The position numbers were made by a program, and so were the translations under genes. This document shows positions 63,812 to 64,000 of a stretch of DNA of 64,000 nucleotides, piece after piece. Position 1 is the stretch's first letter, and every line of letters begins with the position of its first letter. Source of the DNA: a virus; IMG/VR virus record IMGVR_UViG_3300045988_116708, positions 1-64,000 of that record; one strand, given 5' to 3'. The notes under the pieces were generated by a model that was given only the letters and a program-made list of their open reading frames with translations, was not told where the DNA came from and did not search any database.

Positions 63812-64000
63812 ATGCAAGACAAATCAATACATCAATTCTCTTCTGGTCTGTTTGCTCCTGTAGCCGGAAGTTTCGTAATGGAAGCTATAGAGCACATGAT
63901 CCCATGGTTGATCACTATGTTCTTTGTAATACTGTGTGATTTGGCTACGGGATGCAGGAAGAGCTTGTTGATGGGTGAGCGCGTTAGGTTTAGTAGGGCT
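63812..64000 (+). CDS. Holin-like membrane protein (5' part, truncated by the window end)
   Basis: MQDKSIHQFSSGLFAPVAGSFVMEAIEHMIPWLITMFFVILCDLATGCRKS has TM segments and a D..TG pattern like phage_holin_4-type proteins. Confidence 0.5.
   Translation, partial: MQDKSIHQFSSGLFAPVAGSFVMEAIEHMIPWLITMFFVILCDLATGCRKSLLMGERVRFSRA

Larger units (their letters stand above)
44..64000 (+). mobile_element. Temperate tailed-phage genome / prophage; left boundary at the tRNA-derived att, right end outside the window
   Basis: Continuous phage modules: repressor switch, RecT/exonuclease, terminase, portal, MuF, capsid, tape measure, fibre, holin. Almost all genes are co-oriented. A tRNA 3' fragment sits at the left edge. 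Confidence 0.85.

Overview
The window is almost entirely one temperate tailed-phage (siphovirus-like) prophage. The host is probably a Bacteroidota bacterium: TAnnTTTG -7 promoter boxes recur, Shine-Dalgarno sites are absent, and there is a DUF4494-like gene. Nearly all genes are on the + strand. The left edge (1-43) is a 3' tRNA fragment that looks like the att core. The right phage end and any integrase lie beyond the window. Gene order is: lysogeny switch (XRE repressor / Cro-like / LuxR-type regulator), RecT-HNH-YqaJ recombination module, a diversity-generating retroelement (DGR), antirepressor and VRR-NUC genes, a Panacea-type toxin-antitoxin moron, a replication organiser, about 30 small early genes (Dam methylase, MazG-like, YopX, ASCH, DUF3560), TerS/TerL, a 5.6-kb accessory island, portal, a MuF head protein, scaffold, capsid, connectors, major tail protein, a tRNA-like gene, a second 5-kb accessory island, tape measure, a 2009-aa collagen-containing fibre, and a partial holin. 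The strongest finding is the DGR. It has one template repeat and two variable repeats, and every TR/VR difference falls on a TR adenine. Its targets are two small paralogous proteins in the early region, and no Avd gene is recognisable. The second finding is a MuF virion protein fused to a RelA/SpoT-like alarmone-synthetase domain, followed by an HD-type small alarmone hydrolase. Other notable items are two DUF2829 (Tad2-like) genes, a shared AAGTG-N13-CACTT promoter operator, covarying leader hairpins, iteron arrays, and an inverted-repeat-flanked promoter segment. All functional calls rest on motifs I recognised by eye; no database search was run.
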